Positions 29,750 through 38,669 of a stretch of 64,000 nucleotides of DNA are shown here, piece by piece. Made by a program: the position numbers and the translations under genes. Every line of letters begins with the position of its first letter. Positions within the stretch are counted from its first letter, which is position 1. The DNA is from a virus. The notes below the pieces were generated by a model. It was not told the origin of the DNA. It saw nothing but the letters and a program-made list of their open reading frames with translations, and searched no databases. Location of the stretch: the IMG/VR virus record IMGVR_UViG_3300017917_003388, positions 32,001 through 96,000 of that record; one strand, given 5' to 3'.

Positions 29750-30172
29750 TTATTTGTTTAATTGTGTTAAAATTGAGTTTAATCCTTTTAATTCATTTTT
29801 ATTAGAATGATCAGATATAGAAGATTGATATTTGGATATAAATCTATTAATAATTCTAAACATTAATTTACTAAAAAATGGATCCACATATGTTTCCATA
29901 AATAAATTATGATTAGACATTTTAATCATATTTCCTTTAATTATCACCGAATATTCCTTATCTTCGGTTTGCATATATACTTTTTTAATATTAGAATCCA
30001 AAGCTTCAGGATTAACTAATATTGATGATTTAGGATTAGATAATATTTTTACAACTATATTTTTTATAAGTTGTTCATTAGGATTTAATTTTCTATTACC
30101 ATTATAAGATTTTCTCATGCGGCTTTTTCTACGAAGATAAGACCACTTAAAAAACAATTTGACTTTTTTCAT
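29750..30172 (-). CDS. Hypothetical protein
   Basis: ORF track. Confidence 0.6.
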   Translation of the reverse strand: MKKVKLFFKWSYLRRKSRMRKSYNGNRKLNPNEQLIKNIVVKILSNPKSSILVNPEALDSNIKKVYMQTEDKEYSVIIKGNMIKMSNHNLFMETYVDPFFSKLMFRIINRFISKYQSSISDHSNKNELKGLNSILTQLNK

Positions 30173-30230
30173 ATAACTTATTTTGAGTTTGTTTTATAAA
30201 TATATAAAAAATAAAATGTAATCCTAGTTT

Positions 30231-31178
30231 TTAATCCGTAAAAAGTTCAACATTTATTGGATCACAACATGGTAACTCATTTACATATAAAGTATCACTA
30301 ATTTCAAATATAGGACATGTATATAAATAATTGACATTTATTATAGATGGAGCTGATATATTTTCAGATATATTATATCCTGTATTTATTAATACACCAT
30401 TTATAAACCATTGAGGTAAATTAATCGGACCATTAGGTGTAAATCTCCAAGCTTCTGGAGTATTGATAGTATACACACTTGTATTTCTGTTTACAGGAAA
30501 TGAAGCAATAGTACCTAAATTATTTTGTATACCTAAACAAGCTCTTCCTCCATTCCATGTATTACATGTTTGTTTTTTATTAACATATATGTCAATTATA
30601 TTAGTAAATTCATGTAATACTATTTGAAATGTAGATATTAAATTATTACATTGGAAATGTGGGATTTGATAAAAGCTTACAATTAACTTTCTATACGGAG
30701 ATACTCCTATTACACCATATCTAACAGTACCCCCAATTGATGGATCAATATCATGATATAAACCTATCATTGATCTTGGGAAGTTTGCAACATTTGTTGG
30801 TATAGATGCATTAAAAGCCCAAGGAGAAAACTGATTAGCATATGTTAGATTAAAACTTATAATACCATTAGTACTAATTACATATTTATTATAAGTTTGC
30901 CCATAAAAACAAAAATTAAATGGTAAATTTATTATTTGAGACCATACATCATCGATAGGGATGTTATATAAAGTACCGGTATTATAAGGATAAGGATTAT
31001 AAGGGATTGGTGATACTAAATAGGATGTAGTATTATATGTTATTGTATCTAAATCACAAGTTAAATTGAGAGAAATGTCACCACATATAGTAGTGTCATT
31101 TCCTCCCAATATATTAATTGTGGGTGTTTGTGAAAATAATAAATTAGATATTAATAGTAGTCCTAATAATAGTCTCAT
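30231..31178 (-). CDS. Secreted Bacteroidota-type surface/adhesin-like protein
   Basis: Signal peptide ending LFSQ; DDVWSQIINLPFNFCFYGQTY...STNG.ISF; EAWRFTP. Confidence 0.65.
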   Translation of the reverse strand: MRLLLGLLLISNLLFSQTPTINILGGNDTTICGDISLNLTCDLDTITYNTTSYLVSPIPYNPYPYNTGTLYNIPIDDVWSQIINLPFNFCFYGQTYNKYVISTNGIISFNLTYANQFSPWAFNASIPTNVANFPRSMIGLYHDIDPSIGGTVRYGVIGVSPYRKLIVSFYQIPHFQCNNLISTFQIVLHEFTNIIDIYVNKKQTCNTWNGGRACLGIQNNLGTIASFPVNRNTSVYTINTPEAWRFTPNGPINLPQWFINGVLINTGYNISENISAPSIINVNYLYTCPIFEISDTLYVNELPCCDPINVELFTD

Positions 31179-31357
31179 GGTTTTGGAATTCTTGATTCTT
31201 TAATACCCTTTAATTCTATAAGTGAATTTAATATAGATATAGACATGGGATTTCTATATAATTTATTTGATAACTCCATAAATTTAATTTGATCATCTAA
31301 TTTAGTTGAACTTATTGAAGGTAGTTCATTTAATAATTTTGACATTTGTTCTTCCAT
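31175..31357 (-). CDS. Hypothetical protein
   Basis: ORF track. Confidence 0.55.
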   Translation of the reverse strand: MEEQMSKLLNELPSISSTKLDDQIKFMELSNKLYRNPMSISILNSLIELKGIKESRIPKP

Positions 31358-31360
31358 AAT

Positions 31361-32071
31361 TTATACATTTAATGTTTTTAATTTTTCTTCAATATTGTCA
31401 TTATAAGATAATATAAGTAAATCAATATTGTTATCCAAACAATATTGCTTTTTTATTTCATCTCTTTGTTTAAGGTATTCAAATCCTTTTTCACCTCCAA
31501 AAAATGTAACTGGTTTATAATGTTGTAAACCATTATACTCAATTAACATATTATGTTTGGGTAAATAAAAATCATAATAATGATATGAATCTTTAATTTT
31601 TACTTGATATTGATAGATATATTCTATATTATTTCTATTTAACCAAATACCTACTTGTTCTTCTCCTTTATATATATTACATTCAGGACAGTTACTTTTT
31701 GCATATAAATGAATAGATGGTTTTTGAAAAAAAGATCCATGTTTTGAACATATAATTTCTACTTCCTGATAAAGATTTTGGTAGTTTATTTTAGAGTAAT
31801 CATATATGTCATTATGGATCTTTTTTGCTCTTTCTAAGAATTGTTCTTTTGTTATTTGTTTAGGATTAGGTCTTCGATTTTGACATTTTAAACACCCAAA
31901 TCCTTTATATAATACTGATGGTGGTTTGTTTTCTATATTTCCACAGTTTTTACATATCAATTTAACATTAGAATGAGCATCTTTATAAGATAATAAAGAA
32001 TAATCAAATTTATCTATACCAAATTTAGATTCTATTCGTTTTATGAAATCGTCTTGAGTTAACTTATGCAT
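31361..32071 (-). mobile_element. Free-standing endonuclease (zinc-binding repeats plus PD-(D/E)XK/DUF559-like domain)
   Basis: Two YDYS...C..C/H...C..C repeats; YDFYLP...IEYNGLQHY. Confidence 0.8.
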
Positions 32072-32106
32072 ATATTTTTATTATAAATATATGGAATAAA
32101 ACTCTT

Positions 32107-33012
32107 TTATACGTTAATTACACGATCCCAAGCTGAGATATGTAATCTTGTTAATCCTCTAAACATATATTTCTTACTCATTTCTAATACAAATTGAGTA
32201 CGTTCATGGAAGTCAGTTTGACTATCTAAACCTGGCATACAAACAATGTTTTTAAGTGGTATTTTAAATGGTTCAATAAAATCACGGAATATTTCCTTAA
32301 CATCATCTTCAGTTGAAATAACAAACTTAAATTGATAGTTATGGTGTTCCATAATACGTTGAATAGCTGCAGGAACTATTCTTTGTTTCTCAGTCATACC
32401 TGAGTTGGATAGCTTAGGTGAACAGTTGATTTGGTCTAGTAGACTAAATAGTGGATGGTCAATTATGATTGTACCATTAGTTTCTATTTCGTAATAAGGT
32501 CCGTTTTTAACATAGATAAAATTATTATAATCTTTTTTATGACCATGTAATGACGGATAATCTTCATATCCTACTATGTCAATCCCTTGATTGTCAATCC
32601 AATATTTAGTAAAATTAACAATGGCTTCTTGATGTCCTTTAATTGTAGGTTCTCCACCTGTCCAAATGATATGGATAGTACCATTTCTAATCTGTTCATA
32701 GATACCCTGCTCTTTCCATTGATCAATTAGGTATTGGAAATCTTTTTCTTCACCTCTCCATAACCATTGAGAAGTACTATCACAAGTCCAAGTTGCTTTA
32801 CCTTCTAACTCTAAATCGCCTTTGAATATTTCGCCATCTTCTAATGATTTTTCTTTAGCTAATTGGTTAGTAAACTTACGAGACATACCGCAAGTTAAGT
32901 TACAAATACCTAAACGAATGAAATATGATGGTATACCTGTTGAAAAACCTTCCCCTTGGACTGAAAAAAAATCACTTGATATGAGTAACTTGTTTGGATC
33001 TATTTTTGACAT
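32107..33012 (-). CDS. queE: 7-carboxy-7-deazaguanine synthase (radical SAM)
   Basis: FFSVQGEG, RLGICNLTC...CDS, TGGEP, IETNGT, SPKLSNSG. Confidence 0.9.
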   Translation of the reverse strand: MSKIDPNKLLISSDFFSVQGEGFSTGIPSYFIRLGICNLTCGMSRKFTNQLAKEKSLEDGEIFKGDLELEGKATWTCDSTSQWLWRGEEKDFQYLIDQWKEQGIYEQIRNGTIHIIWTGGEPTIKGHQEAIVNFTKYWIDNQGIDIVGYEDYPSLHGHKKDYNNFIYVKNGPYYEIETNGTIIIDHPLFSLLDQINCSPKLSNSGMTEKQRIVPAAIQRIMEHHNYQFKFVISTEDDVKEIFRDFIEPFKIPLKNIVCMPGLDSQTDFHERTQFVLEMSKKYMFRGLTRLHISAWDRVINV

Positions 33013-33039
33013 ATTTATTTTAATTTATTATTTATAAAA

Positions 33040-33630
33040 TCATCCTTTTTTGGATATATTTTGTTTTCTATCATCATACTCTATAATTCCTTTATTTAAT
33101 GCATATTGTGATATTTCATATCTTCTTTCTAAATTAAAAGCATTCCACTCTTTAGTCGAAATACTTTCTGCTAAACATTCAGTCCAACAATTTGGAGTTT
33201 CATAAATTGTTACTTTATGAATTTTTAAACCAGTTAAAGCGTCTTTATATAAAGTATTAGATAATATTTCCATTGCTAAAAATACTTCTTTAGCAATATT
33301 TTCTACTGATGGATTACAATATTCTCCTGCTCCATTTAAACTCATTAACCATAATTTAGTACCATATTCTTTTGTAGTCTCAATCAACTTATAATCATGT
33401 GGGTTTAAAATCATTCCATGATCTAAAATATCATCAATCCATTGGCAAAATACTCTTTTTATTTCTTTAAAATCAATAGCATACCCTATTTCTTCCATGT
33501 TTTCAAAACTAAAAGTTAATTCATATAAATAAGTATGCCCATGAATATTATAACATTTCATAAATTCATTCATAACTCTATGACCTGAATCAAAATTGCC
33601 TTTTCGACTTATGTATTGTATTTTTTTCAT
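33040..33630 (-). CDS. queD: 6-carboxytetrahydropterin synthase
   Basis: FDSGHR, CYNIHGHTY, LDH, NPSVENIA, ETP. Confidence 0.9.
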   Translation of the reverse strand: MKKIQYISRKGNFDSGHRVMNEFMKCYNIHGHTYLYELTFSFENMEEIGYAIDFKEIKRVFCQWIDDILDHGMILNPHDYKLIETTKEYGTKLWLMSLNGAGEYCNPSVENIAKEVFLAMEILSNTLYKDALTGLKIHKVTIYETPNCWTECLAESISTKEWNAFNLERRYEISQYALNKGIIEYDDRKQNISKKG

Positions 33631-33646
33631 AAATTAAATATGTTGA

Positions 33647-34306
33647 TTAATTTTTATATTTCCAAATATAACCATATGCTGTTTTTTGGATTCCTCTACA
33701 ACAAAAACATAAACCACTATTGTGGAAACCCAAATTTTTTGTAATATCTTTAAAAGATTCCCATTCTTTAATAAAGATTCCATCTAAACTATATTGAAGG
33801 ATAGGTAAACATCTTTTCCCTTTCATATTAATTTTTTTATCTTCAGGGAATTTTTTTCCTTTTTTAGATAATGATATTTTTAATTTTATTTCATCAGAAT
33901 ATTTTCTTCCTATAGCTTTAGAAGACATTTTTTGTTTAGTTTCTTCACTATGTTTTCTTCCTTTATTTCCTATCCCTATTTTCTTTCTATGTTCTTTAGA
34001 TTTTGGCCCTCCACCAACATCATATAAATTACAAAATAAAACTCTTTTCCAATTCCCCTTAGATTGATTAAGATAGTATTGTTTCCAATATATTTCTCGT
34101 TCATTTAATTGTTCATTAGAACATTCTTCAACTATTTCAAAAATATGATTTTCAGGGCCATATTTTTTAAGTGAATTATAAAGTTTGGGTTGTTGTTTAC
34201 AAGTTAAATTTTTATAACTATATTTCCATCTAATTTCTATATCTTTAGCTTGACCAATATATATTTTTCCTTTTGGATTTGTGATTTTATAAATTCCTAT
34301 ACTCAT
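33647..34306 (-). mobile_element. Free-standing GIY-YIG homing endonuclease
   Basis: IGIYKITNPKGKIYIGQ; NUMOD3 and NUMOD1. Confidence 0.9.
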
Positions 34307-34367
34307 AATTGTTATTTTATTATAAATATATAAAATCCAAAATCTACTACCCAGTTACAAAATATAT

Positions 34368-34616
34368 TTATCCATTAATTAAATTATTTAATTGTGATGA
34401 ATTTAATGCTCCAACATAACGACGTACTTCATTACCATTTTCTAAAATAATAGTTGTTGGAATACTTTTAACATTAAATTTACTAGTATATACAGCATCA
34501 TAATCTACATCTATTTTATTTATTTGGGTTCCGGATGTTGATGCTTGTTCTATAACTGGATTTGTTTTTTGGCAGGATGGACACCACCCTGCCGTAAAAT
34601 ATAATACTTGTTTCAT
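34368..34616 (-). CDS. Thioredoxin
   Basis: WCPSC, SIPT. Confidence 0.85.
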   Translation of the reverse strand: MKQVLYFTAGWCPSCQKTNPVIEQASTSGTQINKIDVDYDAVYTSKFNVKSIPTTIILENGNEVRRYVGALNSSQLNNLING

Positions 34617-34619
34617 TTT

Positions 34620-34934
34620 TTAAGATTTTGAATTCATTAATTGTTCTTTTTCTTTTTTTAATTGAGCTGCCTTCTCATAATCTTCAGATTTAACTGCAAT
34701 TTTAATTTGTTTATCAAGCTCAATTAATTTTTGTTTTGTTTCATCTATGATTGGGAAAGATTCAGAACTAGTAATTTTAGTTGTTCCATCACTAGATACA
34801 AATGTTCTTGTGATAGTTTTAAATCCATCTTTTTCTTCGGTAGATTCGGTTACAGTTCCTTGTTTTTTAAGAGCTTCCCAATCGTGTTCTGTGTTAAAAT
34901 TAAATGTACTGTTACTAAAAAAATCGAAAATCAT
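34620..34934 (-). CDS. UVR (UvrB/UvrC)-motif protein
   Basis: IKIAVKSEDYEKAAQLKKE. Confidence 0.7.
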   Translation of the reverse strand: MIFDFFSNSTFNFNTEHDWEALKKQGTVTESTEEKDGFKTITRTFVSSDGTTKITSSESFPIIDETKQKLIELDKQIKIAVKSEDYEKAAQLKKEKEQLMNSKS

Positions 34935-34997
34935 AATTTTTAATTTTTATGGGTTAATAATATTTGTTTTAAATATAAATAATATTTTAATGTAGTC

Positions 34998-35699
34998 TTA
35001 GTTTTTGAATTTCCAAATGTATTTATATGCTGTTTTTCTTTTTTCATTACAACATTCACTTATGGCAGAACTAGTTTTATTTAATGATTTTCCAGCTTCT
35101 GTAGCACTAATCCATTCTTTAATAAAATTTCCTTTTTTATCATATTGTAGAACAGGTTTAGTTTTAACCCAATCTACTTTTCTTCCTTCTAATTTAGATG
35201 ATATTTTCTTATTTCTTATAGACTCTTTTTTATAATGTTCCAAATTAGAAGTTTTTATTTTTTCTCCTCTTTTAGGATTTTTATAACATTCATGTTCTAT
35301 TTTAGAATTTTTTATTTTATCTTTAGTATTTTGTGATAGATTTTTTCCTTTAAATCTTTTACTAACATCAGGGCGTTTTATTCCTTTTAATTTTTTAGAA
35401 GTTTCAGGTCTTAAAGTATTTTTCATCTTATGTTTAGATTCTTCTGTGTGAAAGGATAACCCACCACCTCCATCATTTTTATTTAATAAAATAAAACCCC
35501 AACTTTTATAAAGTGATACATAATGTTTTTCCCAAAACTTCCAATCTTTTTCATTTATGTAGTCTAACTCAAATATGTTTAAATCTTTATTTAATCTACT
35601 TTTATGTTGGGATTCTCTTATTTTTAAACTATTTTTAGTTTTTCCTATATAAAAAGGAATATCTTTGTTATTTAATAAACAATAAATGTAAATTTTCAT
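34998..35699 (-). mobile_element. Free-standing GIY-YIG homing endonuclease
   Basis: IYIYCL...FYIGKT; NUMOD1. Confidence 0.85.
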
Positions 35700-35732
35700 A
35701 ATATATCAGTCTATGCGGTACGACTATAAATA

Positions 35733-36677
35733 TCATGATTTCTCACTTCTTTCCCATTCATCACAAATTTTTTCAACATATTCTTTAACAAATTCCCAAG
35801 ATACTAAAGTACCATCTTCTTCAGCATATTGAACTGGGTCTTCTAATCCTAATTTGATAAAAGATTCACAACGTTCAATACTAGAGCCTGATTTATAGTC
35901 TGAGTACCATATTTCTCTTTCTCCAGATTCTATTTCTTCATTAGGGAATGTTGATTTTAAACTTGGAAGAATTACTCTGATAGGAGCATAACTAGTATTA
36001 GTACGTTTATAAATTTCTTTATAATCTAGACCTAATTTTTCACAGCATTCAACCCCATCTTTTAATACTCCTGTTTTATCAGTAACATTATACGGAGCAT
36101 AATAATCTACTTTATCAGAATCCCAATTTCCTATTTTAAAAGCATGTTCAATAGCTTGTCTGAATTCTTCAGAGCAATCAGGATAAATTCCGCTTTGTTT
36201 TTTATTATTGAAATCACCCATATGGGTTCCTAAAGCTATATTACATGGTTCTCCTGTTTTTTTTACTATAGATAAAGCAACAGCATATGTAATGGCTGAA
36301 AATATCGCATTACGATTTGGAACTACAGTTGTAAGAGCATTTTCATGAGCATAATGTCCTGTTTTCATTTCCATAGAATTATTATCTACTAACCCACTTA
36401 CTAGTAAATTTGATAAACCATCTAATTTAATAATTTGATGTTTAACACAATGATAAGGAGGAGTATTTTGATCAATCCACTTAAATCCTCTTTCTCGTCC
36501 TTCATTAATATATTGTACTAACTCAGTAGCGCGTTCCAATTCAACTTTATGTTTTTGACCATAATCAAATGATAGTGCTGTTACTTCATAACCATTTGCT
36601 AATAGATGAAGTAACAATGTACTACTATCCATTCCTCCACTTAATGACAGTACAGCATATTTTTGTTTATTTTTCAT
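35733..36677 (-). CDS. queC: 7-cyano-7-deazaguanine synthase
   Basis: SGGMDS, FDYGQKH, VPNRN, YPDC. Confidence 0.9.
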   Translation of the reverse strand: MKNKQKYAVLSLSGGMDSSTLLLHLLANGYEVTALSFDYGQKHKVELERATELVQYINEGRERGFKWIDQNTPPYHCVKHQIIKLDGLSNLLVSGLVDNNSMEMKTGHYAHENALTTVVPNRNAIFSAITYAVALSIVKKTGEPCNIALGTHMGDFNNKKQSGIYPDCSEEFRQAIEHAFKIGNWDSDKVDYYAPYNVTDKTGVLKDGVECCEKLGLDYKEIYKRTNTSYAPIRVILPSLKSTFPNEEIESGEREIWYSDYKSGSSIERCESFIKLGLEDPVQYAEEDGTLVSWEFVKEYVEKICDEWERSEKS

Positions 36678-36921
36678 TTTTAATTAGATTTTTTATTTTA
36701 TTATTTGAAAATGCTTCTACCAAAAATTTATAAGGATATATTAAAATTCGTTTATTTTCATGATTACTCCAAGGAACTTGTTTTGATGAAATTTTTATTT
36801 TGTTTTTTTTAGATAATTTATATATTTCATATCCTAAATTTTTATCTATAGAACCTGCACTAGTTCCTCCTAAAAAATCATAAATTGATATAAACCCGTT
36901 ATTTTCAGTATTTTCATTCAT
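36667..36921 (-). CDS. Hypothetical protein
   Basis: ORF track. Confidence 0.55.
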   Translation of the reverse strand: MNENTENNGFISIYDFLGGTSAGSIDKNLGYEIYKLSKKNKIKISSKQVPWSNHENKRILIYPYKFLVEAFSNNKIKNLIKNEK

Positions 36922-37019
36922 TTTATATAACTTTTAAATAATTTTATATTTTGTAATATAAGTTCAATTTGTATGAAATCCAAATCTTTATCAAAAAATT
37001 CTTCAATTTTTTCTTCTCT
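36918..37019 (-). pseudogene. Orphaned former 3' end of the 37197-37991 gene
   Basis: REEKIEEFFDKDLDFIQIELILQNIKLFKSYIK* aligns without gaps to the present C-terminus. Confidence 0.75.
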
Positions 37020-37042
37020 TCATCTCAATCTTTAGCTAACAT

Positions 37043-37196
37043 TTAAATTTTGTATTTCCATATAAATCCATAAGCTTTTTTTTGTTGTCCTCTACAACAA
37101 GCTACTATTCCTGTTCTTTTTTCTTCAATATTGAATAATTCAATTGCTGCTTTTTAATGGATTCCCATTCTTTAATAAAATTTCCTTAAGGGAATA
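37043..37196 (-). pseudogene. Degenerate NUMOD1 relic of a lost HEG
   Basis: YSL/GNFIKEWESIK/AAIEL...IVACCRGQQKKAYGFIWKYKI* with two frameshifts. Confidence 0.8.
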
Positions 37197-37991
37197 TTAT
37201 TTGGGAAGGATTTTTTTAAATTCTTTTATATTAAATTCGATACATTCTAATTGTCTATTATTTGTTTTTTTATTAAACCAAACTTCTATTTTTTCTTCAG
37301 GTTTATTCCAACAATTATCAAATGTATATTTTAATTCTTTTAAACCAAAAATAATTGGATTACTAGTATCTATAGTTTTAATAAATGAATATTGTGGGTT
37401 TTGGTATGCTCTGAATTCTAAAAAATTTGAAGTACCCAACATATGATGATGTATGTGGTTTTGGATTATATTATTTTTTTTTAATTGATTTATAAAATAT
37501 ATTCTTCCCATCATTTTAGATACTGATAGATTTTCATGTGGGAAAAAATCTTGATATGCTGTTGAACTATGATTAAATGCAATAGCTTCAACTCCTAAAT
37601 CAACATATCGTTTATATAATGAAGAGCCTATTTCATAATCAGTACATTGGATCACAGCCATTAATTTAGTTGTTTCTGGGAGTGAATTTTTTATATTTAC
37701 CCAATGTTTAGCATTTTCTAAACTTAATAAAGCATCGTTCCATACATCTGGAATAACAAATATATCTGGTTGGAGTTCATTAATAAATTCAATTAATTGT
37801 TGTTCGGTAAATGAATCTCCTTCAAATAATCCATTATCTGCAATTATAAATCTACCATCTTTTTTAGCATTTTTATAATATTCCTTATATGGTTCAGATT
37901 TAAACCAATAGGTGGGTAGGCAAAATTCATAATCATTCCATTCCTTGCTTTTGTCCAAAAGACATAGAGGTAATTCGTGTGATACTTTCAT
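37197..37991 (-). CDS. TGT/DpdA-like TIM-barrel protein (candidate deazaguanine transglycosylase)
   Basis: IADNG, PDV, AVIQ, HMLG, IDTS motif order resembles TGT; upstream of queC. Confidence 0.55.
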   Translation of the reverse strand: MKVSHELPLCLLDKSKEWNDYEFCLPTYWFKSEPYKEYYKNAKKDGRFIIADNGLFEGDSFTEQQLIEFINELQPDIFVIPDVWNDALLSLENAKHWVNIKNSLPETTKLMAVIQCTDYEIGSSLYKRYVDLGVEAIAFNHSSTAYQDFFPHENLSVSKMMGRIYFINQLKKNNIIQNHIHHHMLGTSNFLEFRAYQNPQYSFIKTIDTSNPIIFGLKELKYTFDNCWNKPEEKIEVWFNKKTNNRQLECIEFNIKEFKKILPK

Positions 37992-38015
37992 AATAACTTT
38001 AATTTTTTAAATTTT

Positions 38016-38642
38016 TTAATCAAATATAACCTTTATTGTTGTATTTGATACAACTCTTGGTCCTAGATCATTATTAAATGTAGTCTGAATATATAAATAA
38101 GCTGTATCTCCCACCATTTGTTCGTCAAAAAAGAAATTTTGTTTAGGTTCATAATTATATTTACTATGAGTACCTATTAATGTTGGGGTATAAGGACAAT
38201 CTAAACACATATGTGGAGTAAGTTGATAACCAGCTATATTTAATGGTGGGTGAACTTCAGCTATATTTTGTAAGGTATAAGTTTGATTACCTATAGATAT
38301 GGGATTATTAAATTGTTTATCAGTATACCAACTAAGATATGAATACATAGCTGTTTGATATTGAAAGGTATCTAATAAAATCCAATAATTAGAATCAAAA
38401 TCTGTTTGAATTAAAGGAACACCATTTACTTCATAATAAGGATCTAATTTTGATAATTTACCCTTAACTGTAAAATAACCTAACCCATTGAATTTCACAT
38501 GTTTAAATCCGTTATTATCTAAAGAATCTCCAATAATTTCGAAATGTGAATAACAACCATCTGGGCATACTTTATCAGGATATGGGTTATCATCATCACA
38601 ACTGATTAAAAACAAACTTAATATAATTAATATATATCTCAT
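38016..38642 (-). CDS. Putative lipoprotein
   Basis: Hydrophobic leader with LISC lipobox followed by DDD. Confidence 0.65.
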   Translation of the reverse strand: MRYILIILSLFLISCDDDNPYPDKVCPDGCYSHFEIIGDSLDNNGFKHVKFNGLGYFTVKGKLSKLDPYYEVNGVPLIQTDFDSNYWILLDTFQYQTAMYSYLSWYTDKQFNNPISIGNQTYTLQNIAEVHPPLNIAGYQLTPHMCLDCPYTPTLIGTHSKYNYEPKQNFFFDEQMVGDTAYLYIQTTFNNDLGPRVVSNTTIKVIFD

Positions 38643-38669
38643 AATTTTTTAATAAAGATTAAAGATCGC

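Noticed and set aside
33631-35732. Terminus duplication around the HEGs at 33647 and 34998 (also checked at 57963)
   Set aside because: No convincing duplicated peptide or repeat found; these look like plain intergenic insertions.
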